DNA of 63,838 bases, filler included, from Basidiobolus ranarum (GCA_040143965.1; 7 parts of 7 records of this genome joined end to end with filler, not necessarily neighbours in it), one strand, 5' to 3'. Positions 35,389 to 49,101 are shown, counted from the whole stretch's first letter. Notes: generated by a model from the letters alone, not told the origin. Program-made: numbers and translations.

Positions 35389-36464
35389 ATGCCCAAACAT
35401 ATTCCTGTATCAAATAAACCACGTATCTCGCACTCTTCCACACATACCGAAGTAAAATATTCTTCCGGTGGAAATTTTAAGAGGAATTGGATATGGGTTG
35501 ACAATTGTAAGTTAAGCGAAATGTCCCCCCTCCCTTGCGAAGTGAATCAAGCCTTCATGAATATCTGCCACTCACTCTTTGTTTTTGCCATTAGCTTTAG
35601 TAAGTGAACCGGAGGAGGAATTCACTCTAGTGAGTTACAATATTCTGGCTGATTATTTGGCATTCAGAAATAGACACTTATACTCATATTGCTCGAACTC
35701 GGTATTGACATGGTCCAACAGAGGACGTAAGATTTTGAAAGAGATTCAAGGTGGGCTTTCTCTTTGATACAAGTACAATTAGGCGAGGGGTTCTTTCTTG
35801 CATGCCAAACGTATACTTGGTTCCTTTGCTTTTCGAAATTCCTTACCTTTTTTCTTTCTAGCCTATAAAGCAGATATATATTGTCTACAAGTAAATATTC
35901 TCAGTTATTTTTCATGGATCGTTTTGGTTGGAAATTAACCTTTCATTGTAAGGAATGTGAAAAAAGGCACTTTCACTGTGAATTTGCGCCTACATTGAGA
36001 CGTCTGGGATACCGATACGTGTTTAAGCAACGCACTGGAGAAGATATGTGGGACGGATGCGCCATACTCATAAATACCAAGAGGTAAGGTTTATTGACTA
36101 GAATGGATGCTTGTTGGACCCAAGTCTAGCTAGATAGTTACCTATGGTGTTTATGCTAAATGACAAGTATTCTCTTTTCCTCCTTAGATTCGAATTGGTC
36201 AAGCAATGCTCTGTCGAATATAATAGCGATGAGTTTATGGATAGAAATAATGTTGGCCTTATAGTGGTCTTGAAGGATCTAAGTAAGTTCTATTGGTTTT
36301 ATTAGTGAGACACCATCTAGCAAGACTTTTCCTTTCGTTACCTAATACCATAGATTTTAGAAACCAATAGAAAGCTATGCGTTGCGAACACTCATATCCT
36401 GTTCAATACCAAACGAGGCATTCTCAAAATCGCCCAACTACACAAACTGTTGATGTCGGCATAC
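35389..36464 (+). CDS. Angel/CCR4-nocturnin family EEP phosphatase/nuclease; multi-exon, 3'-truncated
   Basis: Spliced motifs FTLVSYNILA, ADIYCLQE, DGCAI, RNNVGLIVVL, LCVANTHILFN.KRG.LKIAQL. Confidence 0.88.
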
Positions 36465-36564
36465 NNNNNNNNNNNNNNNNNNNNNNNNNNNNNNNNNNNN
36501 NNNNNNNNTTAATTAATTAANNNNNNNNNNNNNNNNNNNNNNNNNNNNNNNNNNNNNNNNNNNN
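36465..36564. other. Artificial contig-join spacer
   Basis: N44-TTAATTAATTAA-N44. Confidence 0.97.
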
Positions 36565-38853
36565 GGGTGATTTTAAACACCTCGAGCCGGAACTTGCCTA
36601 GAAATGTAACTATAATTCATGCTTATTCTCCAAGGACTCTGTGGGTAAGCTATTAGGGCTTCTCCACAAAGACGTTGCTTATGTAAAAAGGATAAGCATC
36701 ATTGGTAGTTATATGCAATCTGATGATCATTCTAGATGGACTGAGGCACATGCGCAAGCCGGCTACCTCCAGATTGTATTCATGAAGTGCGTAAACAGGT
36801 CTTTCGTGTAAATTCTCTCAACTGGCTCCTGATTTGACTTTGCTACAGATGAGTCATTCCCTCACGGCTCTCGAAAACTACTATGACAAATGGATCATCC
36901 ATTAGGAAAGCGGAGTTCTTTATGGAACATGAACAGTTGATTCATATCATATGAATCCCCTCAGGTGAGTTATGTACCAAATGAGCCCCAGTTTCTTGGA
37001 TTTTAAGTTTTGAATCTTGGAATGATCGATAGTTACGAAAATGTTAGAGCCTTGACCAAATTTAGGGAAATCATAGCAATCATAGAAAGTTCTGCCTCTG
37101 ATTGGGAAACAGTGTAAATTTGGGTTTGTTTGCGCATCCCATAATTTATCTAGTGCTCACAAAATGAACAAAACTGACCGCCCTTATCACGTCACTTATA
37201 ATTCACATGTTTACTACACTCTGTGGCCTTTCAAACGATTTAAGGACTCAATTTTTATGTAAACTAGAGCTGGGACAGTTACTCACCGTGATACCCTCAT
37301 TGTATGGGTTTGATGGTCTAAACTCTCGTCCAACATATTATTTATCTATCATCAATTAATTCTGAAAATCAAGAGTAGTGTTTCCGATTGGCCATGTGAT
37401 ATTCATTCTGTCACACTAGATCCATTTCATGAAAAAGTTTAGTTTGCTACTCTACAGATGTTGCTTAAAGCACTACTGTTGACTGGGAGCCAAGGCAATT
37501 GTGAACCTACTAACGGCTGGATGTAGCTTGGCAGTGTCAAGTATTGATATACAACTGATAGCTTCGTATTGAAATCTAATTATTGTATTATAAAGTCTGC
37601 GAAGAGAGAAATGAATTAAGCCCGAGAATCTGAATATCAGATTATAGGCTCAGGGTTGTGCTGACATTCTAGATAGGTTACGGATAACTAAGATGGTGTT
37701 GACTATGAGGAATATTAGAGCAATGAGGATAGAGTAAACACAGCCATTAGGAATATTCGATGAGTTGAGTAAAGTCTAGATAATCCGAGTTAATGATTGT
37801 CTTTTGAAAGTATGCGTGCTACAATTTACCCCGTATGAAGCTCCAAAATGAGTGATAATCACCCATATAAATAGATAAGAAGACTTCGAGCCAACTAAGC
37901 CCTCAAATGTAAGCATCATCCAGGTAATATGAAGTAGAGTGAATAGAGCCGTAATGATAGCTGATGATTAATTAGAGTAGTATTAGTGTCATTCTTGTGA
38001 AGTTGAAGGAGTGTATAAATACCAGAAACAAAATATAGTGATACTGAAGGACAGGATATACAGGGCAACATCCCTGGACCTAGCGCCTCAGCTAAAAGAG
38101 TAATATAGCTAACCAGCCCGCTAACCCATCCGAAACCCAAACCAGTTACTAAAAAGATGCTTAGTTGCGGTTAAGTTTTTCAGAAAAGTTATGAAAGGAG
38201 TATACCAAAAGCATAAGAGTGCTTGTTGAGGGGAGATTTCGGGTTTTTTGAGACGACGTTTAGGCCGCTCTCAGCACGTCTATGAAAGACTGAGTGTCAG
38301 AGATAATTTATACTTCTTAGTTTAAAAAGGCAACGATTTACCTCATAAGTATATAGAAAAGGACTCTGAAGCTCTCTTGAAGCAATACACTGTAGAAGAT
38401 GGTGACTGCATGGTTTGATTGTGCAGGTTTGGCAACATACCATATCAAAGAAGTGAACAATATCGATATCAGCCAAAAGAATGCACTACATATGGAGTGA
38501 TAAGTGAATGTCTATATATATGGTAATTTTCAGTAAAACCAAGTAAAGCCTATTTTGAAGTATACCTCGTCATCATTAGTAGTACTAGCTGAGCATTTCG
38601 AGCAACATAAAGGATAAATATACAGCTGGGCGGTCCATATGCTGTTAGCATACAACCGATGAAAGATAACCAACCCATTTAGCGTATCGTAGAAGTTGCT
38701 CTCTCCTTCATAGCTCTGCAATTTTATTCAAGCATTCCTGGTCACAATTTAATATCGACTTGTGATTTCAGAATTGCATAGATTTCAGATGAGGGAGCTT
38801 GGGATCAGTTACCCAACATTAATAAAATTTCAGGTATGTAACAGGATATTATA

Positions 38854-39251
38854 CAGTGAAGCTGGGAAATATTGGTTAATTTAGAAATTTAAATGGTGAT
38901 TTTAAAAAAATATTGGTGAAAAAGTGAAAAATGATTGGCTATTATTAAAGTGACATAAGTGAAAAGTTGTTGAGCACTTCTAAAGCTAATCTATTCCCAG
39001 AGAATTGCCAATGCTTGCAAAAATGTACGTGTTAGTGATCTTTGTAGCCACTCTAACCATCATATCAGTTATTGTCGAGATAAAGTAGAGTTTAAGGAAT
39101 TACTCAAATTTCAGAAGTGCTCAATAAAAAATTTCAAAATAACCATTCATTTTTTAGTTTTTCACCAATGCTTTTGTTAGTAAGCTCCAAATTATTTTTG
39201 TAAAATCACCATTTAAATTTCTAAATTAACCAATATTTCCCAGCTTTACTG
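38854..39251. mobile_element. MITE of the Tc1/mariner superfamily
   Basis: About 51-bp TIRs CAGTRAAGCTGGGAAATATTGGTTAATTTAGAAATTTAAATGGTGATTTTA (one mismatch), TA on both sides (38852-38853 and 39252-39253), weaker inverted similarity further inside, no ORF. Confidence 0.9.
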
Positions 39252-39329
39252 TATATATCTTTTATTCAAAAGTAAATGGCTATACATACAGGAAAATCAC
39301 ACTGACACAACTCCAGTAACACACTAGGG

Positions 39330-40895
39330 TTACTTGTTTTTGCTTAGCCTCTTCTGTACATCCTCCAACAGTGCTTTTTTCTGTTCCAATTCTGACTGCC
39401 ATATCTTTATCTGCCCTTCGTGACGACGCTAATTTCAATAAATTTTAGTAACAAACCAAGCATAACGTTCTTTTAGCACAATTTACCTTGATAAGAATAT
39501 TACGCGCAGAGAAGAGCTCACCTCTCTTTTTGTTGATCGACGACTCAAGTTCAGATACCTTATCAGTTAGTAACTCTTTCTGTTGTAAAAGTTCTTTATC
39601 CTGCTCCTCATTATCAGATCCGCTCTCTTCATCTTCATCTTCGTCCTCGTCTTCACTCTCTTCGTCCTTTTCATTTTCATCATCTTCCATATTAATATTC
39701 ACTTCTTCAAGCTCCACCTCGGCAGCTTCCTCCTCTTCCTCTAACTCTTCTAATCCTCTGTCGATTTCAGCAGCTAGATCCAAATCTGAATCGTCATCTT
39801 CATCTTGCTCATGTGATATAACCTCTTCCATTTCAACGTCGCTGCTACCGAAGTTATCGTGAGTTGTAAATGGTTCAGGTGTGCCGACTTCAGATTCATC
39901 TCCATAGCCTCCTTCGTGAAGATCGTGGACCTCTATAAAATGTATGCGATATTAATTCAGAAAAGTAATGAAACGTACGCCATATTTCATTCAAGAATCT
40001 ACCGTATTGTACATCTTCTGCCTGAGCATCTTCTTGAAGTAGTCGCTCTACCTCGCGCTCCACTACTTCAATAGTCTGTGTGTTGGTTGCTTGTTAGTAA
40101 AAGCTTTATGTAGCCTCAGGTATAAGAGGGAGTCCTTACTCGTTTTGAAACTCTTTTTCTAAATCTTCTTCTTCGGCAGTTTTTCAAAGGCCTTGCCATT
40201 CCATCAGACCAAACAAATCATCTGGATTGTGAGAGCGGCTCTTTGACTGATCTGTCTCTTTGTGAATGTCTCCAACAACTAACATCTAATTCAGGAGAGA
40301 GGTGAGAGCTAGTTTATAATAGAATTAGAATGAATACAAACCTGACAGACATCGGCCACCTTGAACATTCTCTTATTGTCCAAAGTTTTCTGAGATTCAG
40401 TGATGGTGGGTAAATCCACTAGCTTCGTATCGAAAACAAGTCCATCAAAATGAAATGTTCCCGTTCTGTTATCTATACTTGATAACTTCAGTATTATAGA
40501 ATGGAAAGAAGGTCTTCAAAAAGGTGAACAAAAGTGATGAAATATCTACGTAGATTCAGCGCAGCACGAACACAGAAAATAGAAGCACTCTTACCTTTGA
40601 ACATAAAGCCTGTATCTTCAGGAACTTCCCTCTCTTGCACATACTTCCTTAACTTATCAGCAATCTCTTTATCTGATAGCCTTAGTACGAAATGCTCTTC
40701 GATCGCTGCTGCTCTTTCATCGTCTTCGTCCTCGTCCTCTTCACCACCACCAACCCCTCCTATTTTAGTTGTACCGGTCTTTTGTGCTTCACGAAACTTG
40801 ATTTTTATCTTATCTGAACTCTTACGTCGTGGACCAGGTTCTTGCTGGTGTGTATTCTTGATGCCCTTATTTCGGATCTTTGCATGTGAGGACAT
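39330..40895 (-). CDS. TAF7: TFIID subunit 7 (TAFII55_N domain, acidic region, C-terminal coiled coil); multi-exon
   Basis: [49 protein letters not shown], acidic tract, NILIK|RRHE; stop at 39330-39332. Confidence 0.9.
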
Positions 40896-41496
40896 TTGGT
40901 AAAGTTAATAACTTTAAGTTCAACGAAAAAATGAGACTAAATTTTCGTGACTGGATAAACAAAGTGATTAGTAAGTAATTTATGAACTGTATAAATTTCG
41001 TAACTATAAAGTTGCATAAGATAACCGGAAACCATGAATATTTGTTGAGTTTAAACTCATGATTAAAGTATCTTTCGAGGATATGTTGTTTGTAAGAAAA
41101 TAATTAAATACGTTTACTTCTAGGTTAAAATAATGATTAGATGTAACTATTTTTTGACTCTTCCTCACCCGGGCTTCATTCCTGCAGAGGTCAAAATGAT
41201 CTACCCTTTTGCTAGCGTTAGGTGTGCTTTGACCAAATGTATATCAATCGGATTAGCTCGTACAGTCATATTTCTCACTTGTTATATGGGAATTTTGATT
41301 TTTACGCTCATAATATTGCATGCATTTAGAAATTTAAGATAATTCCTGGCGTTTCTAAATTCCATTTTTATTCAATTGAAGTGACTGAAGAAAGATAGAA
41401 TCTTAATCGTTAGGTTAGACCTGGCTATTGATTTGCATAGAGACACCTGTTGTCCAACTTAATCCATGATTCTCCTGTGATATCAGCCAAGCTTGA

Positions 41497-42884
41497 CTAG
41501 AGTTTCTCAAGCTCAAGAATCCAAGCGCCTACTTTGACGCCCATAATCTTGGGGAATTCTAGGAAGTCCCAGGAATGTTAGAAATAAGCGTAAAAATTTC
41601 GAAGAATTTATCTTGACATTTACCAAATACGAATTCGTGAGGGATCTTATCTTGACATAAATAAGCGTTTGCTGAAGTTCGAAGTAAATGAAGATGTTAG
41701 CCTTGGTTGAAGAATGTACAGCTTGGAAGATTCTAGTAATACCTTCAGGCAATTTATCCTTCAATGACAAATACCGTTCTACTGGCACCCAACCATCGAT
41801 GGTTCCATAATAGAAAACGAAGTAATCCAGATTATACGAGTAGAATTCATCGTTCAACTCTTTCACCACGTCCATCTCTTGTCCGGCTAGGAATAATGAG
41901 TTATTTACGGAGTTGAAGGTGATTTTCAGTTAGGGATACTAAGTTGATTTTGCATATGAAAGCTTAAAAGATTTGAAAGAGAGAACAAAGGATATTTGAT
42001 AAATTTCCTCGCGGTAAGGTCAGCTCCCCAGTGTGGTTGTCCAGTAAGCAACTTTATGACAAAGGCTAAAGCGGGTTTATATATAGTGCCTAATATTTGA
42101 GCAAGAACACTGCTGATATTACGAACGGCCGGACGGAACAATGGCTGATAATATTTACATTAGTAATTGATCTGGGAGTTTCCATGAAAGATATGCAATT
42201 TACCATCATTTGCTTTCCTCGAGGGGTGTCAGCAATATGTTCAATGGTTGGAAACAGAGAGAATACTTTAATGATATTCATGTTTGGTCTTGCTTTGAAA
42301 ATCTGTGCTTGTTGAAATTACTAAAATAAACAGAATAGAATATCCTCTAATCGTGAGTCCTTACCTTTTCACAGATGAATGCGCCGATGCTATGTCCAAC
42401 AAGAATAAATCTTGTATTTTTGGGATAACTTCTATGGAGAATATCTAAACATTCCACCTTGTGCAAAATTTGCTCATCAAGCGAGTATACTTTTCCAAGA
42501 GTAGTATCATGCTCACCTTTACTATGCCCAAGATGGGAGGCTAAATAATGTGTAAGGTCAGATATTGTTACTTGTCATTGTTGAATAAAAATTTCTGGTA
42601 CCTCCGACTATTTCTATTTCTTCGTTTAGCTCCGTATATATGGTGTTTAGAAAAGGGGTATAAAATTCTATAACTCCAGGATTACCTACATCAATAAAGT
42701 GATCTTAAATCAGCCGAAGTATCGAGTAAAGATTAGGATAAATTAAACACACACCGGGGACCATGAATAAAACGGTCTTTTGCTCCTTGGTTGAGCGAGC
42801 GGGCCACCATATAATTTCAGTTCCATTATCCTGGATTTTCCAAGTGGCCTTTAAAGGTAGTTCAAGTTCTTTCAACAACGTCAT
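41497..42884 (-). CDS. Lipid droplet-associated serine hydrolase (LDAH/DUF2305 alpha/beta hydrolase); multi-exon
   Basis: Spliced motifs MVPG|NPGVIEFY, SHLGH, YSLDEQILHK, GHSIG nucleophile elbow, LFPTIEHIADTPRG, YYGTIDGWVP, HEFV. Confidence 0.87.
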
Positions 42885-44056
42885 TCTAAAAAGTGGATGC
42901 ACTTGGGAAGAGAAAGTGAAACTACTGTTATTGCTTACTTAGTTGGCTATGTTACCAATGCAAATATAGTACAAGTATTTGATACAAATTACCCATTCAA
43001 CTATAATTTGCTAGAAGCGATAGTTCAGATTTCCAAATCAAGAATAGCAAGAATAAATTTCAATCTATCTTAAGATCCCATATGTTGAAAAGCAAGTGTG
43101 GGGAACTGTGGTGGATTTATTTTAAGTAATCCTTCAACAAGCCAGCTATCAAGTCGAAGCATGAATTCATTTGGATGGTAATAGATTACTACAAGAATAA
43201 TAGATTGGTAATAGCTTGGAAGAACGAGCGAAATACAGAAAGAAACTATTAGACAAAAGTATTAATCTACGAATAGAGTTCACTGAGCCACAGGGCTTGG
43301 CGGAAAAAAGCTGGTGCTAAAACTCAACAACAAACTTAGACTACGAAATGTATTCATTATATTCCTCACAATACCTACCCAAGACCGAAATTTGCAACAT
43401 ATATACAACGAAATAAGGTATGTACATGCAGAAATGCTACATCGATTCAAAGAAGCGAGAGTCAGCTAATCCATCCCTTATTGACCAAAATTTCCGAAGT
43501 CATTTATCTGGCAACAACGATAAGTAGAATCATGAATCTGACATACGAGAATTGGAACTTTTATATATCACCATTACTTGGGAGATATCAGGTGAATTTT
43601 TGAAGAGCTCATGTAGGTCTGAAGCAGCTATAGTTTGGTATCTTGAGCTTGACTCTGTAGGGCTATTTGAACTAAGGTATTTCTATGCTGTAGATGGACA
43701 TGTTATGATGGCCATTTGATAAATGTTGAGGTTGAGGTGAGAAGAGAATACATCGATGGTTTAACAATTTTATGTTAGCAATTTACTCTAATAGTGGCTA
43801 ACTAGTAAGTTAAATAATGTAGCAATATTAAAAGCATAAAGAACGGTGTATCGGTAAATATCGTTTATTTCTACAATCAGAGTTAAATGATGATTGCTAG
43901 ATGTTTTGCTACATATTTGTATTTGGACTTGCCGAAGACCATATAACCTTATCAAATGGAGGAACTGGAAGGCTTATATTCAATGTTGTTTTTATTGATT
44001 AGTCAATATTTAGTAGAAAGAAGATAGATACAAGATATTCAGAAGAAGTGGAAGAA

Positions 44057-44594
44057 TTAAAGATCTTTGGTCAGCTGGAGGAATTCTTCGAAATCGATAT
44101 GTCCATCACCATTAGCGTCAACTTTGTTAAACATATTGATGACTTCCTGCTCCTCAACTTGTTCTCCTAAATGTTCCAATACGCTTTTCATTTCTTCCAA
44201 GTCAATCACGCCATCTCCATCTTTGTCAAATACTAAAAATGTTTGTCTTATCAGCTTATTGCCATCTGCATGGTGTTCTTTATATTTTTTAACAGTTAAG
44301 TTTGTGAACTCGGAAAAATCTATGACACCATCTCCATCTTTATCTGCTTCATCCAACATTTCATCAAGATCCTCATCGTTAGGTTGTTGCCCTAAAGCCT
44401 CCATAGTTTCACGTAAATTATTTTTATCGATATAACCACTGTTGTCACGGTCTAACTCCTGGAATACCTCTTTGCACTCCGAAAATTGTTTGTCAGTGAG
44501 TTGGTCAGCCTTTGAGAAGATAGAACTTTAGTTAACAGACAGATAATATTCACTTTAACGAACAGTATTGAAAATATAGATCAATATGTACCAT
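44057..44594 (-). CDS. Calmodulin-like EF-hand protein (divergent paralogue, about 151 aa)
   Basis: ATG followed directly by an intron (44510-44591), then ADQLTDKQFSECKEVF; four EF-hand loops. Confidence 0.9.
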
Positions 44595-45594
44595 TTAGTT
44601 ACTCTTCAAGTGTTACAAAAGAGCTAAAGAAAGGTTTGTCTTTAACGTTTTTTATATTGGTCGAAACCGAGCGATGTGATATTGGTGTTTTGCTAAAAGA
44701 TTCACTCTACTCTTAGAAGACGAATAAATTAACTTCAAATCGACAATGAACAAAGCGTTCCCTACGTCATATTAATATTACTTACCATCATCTATACTCC
44801 TCATTAGGTAGTTGGCCGACGTGATGCGTGATATCAGCAGCTAATGATGATATGGTTTATTGCCAATAGTATGGGCCTAGTAACTGAGTGGTATAAAGCT
44901 TTAAAATCCTGGCCATGCACCATTAAAGTAAAAAAGTGAACAATTCCAATCTTTCACTTTACTGAGGAGCCATCTTAGGTAGAGTCAACAGGAGACCTCT
45001 ATCGATATGAATCCAACCACTTTGGTTGCAGGCCTTTAGTGGAGTTCTTTAGCATTTTGGTGAGTGAATCTGGAAAAGCAATCAGAAATTCTACTCAGAG
45101 GTTTTATCTCTATTTTCAACTTGTCACAGCTTAGAGTTATGACTCTACTAAGAATCTTTTAGATGAACTCCATGCAACCCAGAGTGCTCAATAGTAACCA
45201 ACCCTAAGTGTACGAGGTGTAATGAATAGCCAAAGTCCCTCGCCCCAATATATAAAGGCAATGTTTAGGGACTAGTGGCGATTCTAGCTGTTGCTAATGG
45301 AAGAGTATGAAGTAGGTGTACTAGATCTCTAATGATAATATATGGGAACATCTAATTCGTCAAGTGGCTCGGTCTATGCTTGGAACCTGGATATGATAAT
45401 CTAATCTTGGCTTCATGAATTTGTAGAAATGGCCCATTCGAGTGAGAATTATCAGAAACGATCATGATATAGATGGAAGACAGAGATCTTGGTGTGAAGC
45501 TCTTTTACCTTGCAATATAAATCTTGAAATAATCATGGTCCATCTCGTATCACCGTTAACACTATCATAACTATCACCATACACACTTCTACAA

Positions 45595-45694
45595 NNNNNN
45601 NNNNNNNNNNNNNNNNNNNNNNNNNNNNNNNNNNNNNNTTAATTAATTAANNNNNNNNNNNNNNNNNNNNNNNNNNNNNNNNNNNNNNNNNNNN
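45595..45694. other. Artificial contig-join spacer
   Basis: N44-TTAATTAATTAA-N44. Confidence 0.97.
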
Positions 45695-45799
45695 TTCTAC
45701 TATATAAGTCACCATATACTCTTAAGAATAAACTAACTAAAACTCACTATCATAAGTTGCTTCTAATACTCAAAGTCTACCCCATTATGTCAAGATCCT

Positions 45800-46170
45800 C
45801 CAACAAAAGTAATATGTGATGATGAGATGTCTGTTATACCCTTGCCAACAGTAGGTCAGTTTTTAAAATGATGCTCTTATTTATAGTGTGTCAATCAAAA
45901 TATGATCTTCATGAGACCTATAAAGTCAATAGTGAAATATAATCACATGGTGTCTGTTATTCACATGACAAAAGTAAAAAAGTCTTTAAATATACTCACA
46001 TTTGTAGTGTGAGTCAAAAGACATATGATTGTCATAGCTGCTTCCAAGTCAGAGATTAATTAGCATGATATGGTAGCTGTTATATGCACCAAGGAAGTAA
46101 ACAAGTTTTGAAAAGATGCTCACATTTGTGGTGCATGTGGAAAAATTTATAATTATTGTGGCCTCTTTTA
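45800..46170 (+). repeat. Three degenerate 123-bp tandem units, fossil of a 41-aa Cys/His repeat ORF
   Basis: Anchor CTGTTAT at 45831, 45954 and 46077 (exact 123-bp period); partial translations GVCYSHDKSKKVFKYTHICSV and GSCYMHQGSKQV..DAHICGACGKIY. Confidence 0.6.
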
Positions 46171-46877
46171 AATGGAGAGTACAGAAAACACTGAAATATA
46201 CCAGTGCAACACAGCTTAAAGGTGATATGGTTTTTTAAATTTTACAGAGTTCTGTTATGCATGTTGTGATGACTCAATAGGCCCAATTCAGAATTCCACT
46301 TGCTGCTAATTATTGGAATCTAGTGACCCTTAGAAACTAGTTTCTTTACTTTCTCTTGGATTTTTCTTTCCTGGTTCCTTGTTCCAGTTTATAGTAGCAG
46401 GCACTTTCTGTATTTTGGATGTCTCACTTGCACTGGTCCCTTCAGAGCTGTAAAATGATGTGATCACTAATCCAATAATCTGTTAAAGACTTTGAATATT
46501 TTAGAATTGGATTTTATATACTTAATCTTCAATATGTCAAGCTAAATAGTGTCAAATATTTGAGCTAAAATTGGCAATAGCCTTCCATTCACTAAGACTA
46601 TGGTATAACCTTACTTGAGTATTGTGGTAGATATGAATAAAATATAAAATAAACATAATTTCCAAAATGATTGTTGGACTTTGAAATCTTGGGTGTGTGA
46701 GTAAAGTGGGATGCAAGCTACAACTGCAAGTTTTCAATATGGCTTGAATATAAAGAAACTTTATCTAATATTTAGTTTATGCGTTGATGAGGTGAAAATT
46801 GCAACATCATGTTTCTTTTATTCATTTTAATTACATCACATTTCACTCCACTTTTTAAATTTATACCACCTTAGTAG

Positions 46878-47225
46878 TGTCGAAATTAGCTTTGCCTAAA
46901 CACCTATATAGTCATATAAAGCTTAGTACTTAGTTATCTTATAATTCACCAAGATATTATCCATTATTCTCATAAGGAATTTACTTAGAATACTGACACC
47001 AACTTAGAAGTTCTCAGATATATAGATTTTTCAAACTTGTGCTAAAAGCCCCAAACGTTGCGCACATGTTTCTGGGACCTTCCTTAACACATTCTACACG
47101 TTAGTTTGTTTACATCTTGACAAAACTATAAATGTCAACTTTCAACTCAATAAATCAATAAGTGAAAACCACCAATTCCTCTAATTCTCCAAACCACTTC
47201 CAACAGGCTCCCAAATACTTTAACA
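46878..47225 (+). mobile_element. Solo LTR, copia-like family, copy B
   Basis: TGTCG...TAACA termini with 5-bp TSD AGTAG (46873-46877 and 47226-47230). Confidence 0.9.
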
Positions 47226-48454
47226 AGTAGTGCCCAACTCATCTAGTTCAAGATTTAATTGTGCCATTTATATCACTCGTTGCTTTTCGCAAAATGTTAG
47301 TTAGAAAAGTAACACTAGTAACAAGTTATCTGTAAAAAATTGGTTTCAAATGTTGAATACCAACATATGTTCAACCTTGCATATTTTGAGAATTTTTCAA
47401 GACACTGAAAGCACATAGATATTCACTGACTAAATACTTCTGAATCTTAATTTCAGCTTTTTCAATATATATTTATTTAGAATGTGTTGCTAATAGAATA
47501 TATAAAATATAAAACAAAGTATTTGCGAAGATCTAAATATGCAAAAGGTTGCAAAATTGATAAAAGCAATTCAAGTTAGAAAGTACATGGTAGCAATATA
47601 TAGTTAATGAATCTAGTTTGAACGGAAATATTTTTCCAAGTGCACCACAATGATATGCGCCTATAGTGTATTGGTGAAGAATTTTCGAATTCATTCATTC
47701 ACACACTGATGTTTCAGCATACTGGTTATAATCACTGTATAAGCGTAAAATAAAGCCAATTACAAAAGATACAACCTGATTGATTCCTTTTGGTAATCTC
47801 AAAACTCCAACTATCTTAACCCTTTTTTAGATTGACGCCAACAATTTGAACATGTATGCAGATCCATTGTAGCATATGTGTTCCTGCTAGAAACAAGCAA
47901 CACATGCTGAATTATCTTGTTACCACATACGTATCTCTACCCCTCTGCGAGCTAGGCCGAACTAACCTTCACCAGTGTATCTTTCAAGAAGATAATCAAT
48001 ATTTCAATAGCACACAATGGTGTTTTGTGTTCACTCAGTCAAAACTAGGAATCTCAAAAGTGGCACCTTTTTCTTGTAGAATATATATAATAGTGGCTCA
48101 ATGCCATACATTTCGCTATTATTTGGGACAGCTCGCCATGACTTCAAGACTGCAGTTGCTTAAAGTTGTAGTGGCTTCATAATACCAATCTAGATGCTGC
48201 TCATCCACTTGGCTAGTAAAATATATCCGAAACAGTTTAATGCCACAAGTAACACAGCCTGAATTAGCAGTGAATATTTATTTTCGTACCATATAGTATA
48301 AATGAATGGCTCATTTTGTGGGAAATGAGAAACTCAATATACTAAATGTACGGTTACAAAAAAATCAATGTTCTTTACGGCAATAATGTTAAAGAGTACT
48401 CTTTGCTTCGTGACAGTGCACTGAGCCAAGCAACTATTTGACAGGTTTTTAAAA

Positions 48455-49101
48455 TTAGAAAACAAGAGCAGCACCCTTGGTCTTCTTGTCACCACCAAGC
48501 TCAAAGTGCTTGCAACGCTTCAAAGAGAGCTGCATCTTATATTTGCAAGCAGTACATTCGAGACGAAGAACTACCTTTTTGGTAGTCTTAGCCTTCTTGT
48601 GGAAGACAGGCTTAGTTTGACCACCATAACCGGATTGTTTGCGATCGTAACGACGCTTACCTGTGCGAAGTATCTATAAGTTTCCGTGCACAAAAGATTA
48701 CTATCATTGACGCTTTACCTTGGGCAAAGAGGGAAGCCTTTCCGGTCTTATATTGAGTGACCTTGTGAGGGGTGTGCTTTCTGCAGGCCTTGCCTTTGCA
48801 GTAAGTGTTTCTGGTTTTGGGAATGTTGACCTAGAATAGGAGGTAAAATTTAACGTGCTTCCATGTTCTATGACTTATTGAATTATAGTGTGTGGAGGAT
48901 TCGGATTAGAACAGATACAAAATCTAAAGTCTATCCGCGTCATATACACAATCCCCTGTCCACAATCTAACTACTTTAACGTTTAAACGAAGGAAGGAAC
49001 CAGAAAGGGGTCATGTCTACATTAATGGAGATGGATGTAACTAATACGTGGATGGATGCGTGATGTATGTATTCAGATGCAAATAAATTCCTCCTTACCA
49101 T
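48455..49101 (-). CDS. RPL42: 60S ribosomal protein eL42 (L36a/L44), 3 exons
   Basis: ATG | intron 48831-49098 | [28 protein letters not shown]...[29 protein letters not shown]...; absent from the ORF track because of introns. Confidence 0.97.

Noticed and set aside
37907-38165. Possible gypsy-type solo LTR (TGTAAGCATC...GATGCTTA, internal TATAAATA)
   Set aside because: No CA terminus, no TSD and no second copy.
48600-48625. Cycloheximide-resistance allele of eL42
   Set aside because: The sequence reads TKPVFHKK with Pro, the ordinary sensitive residue.
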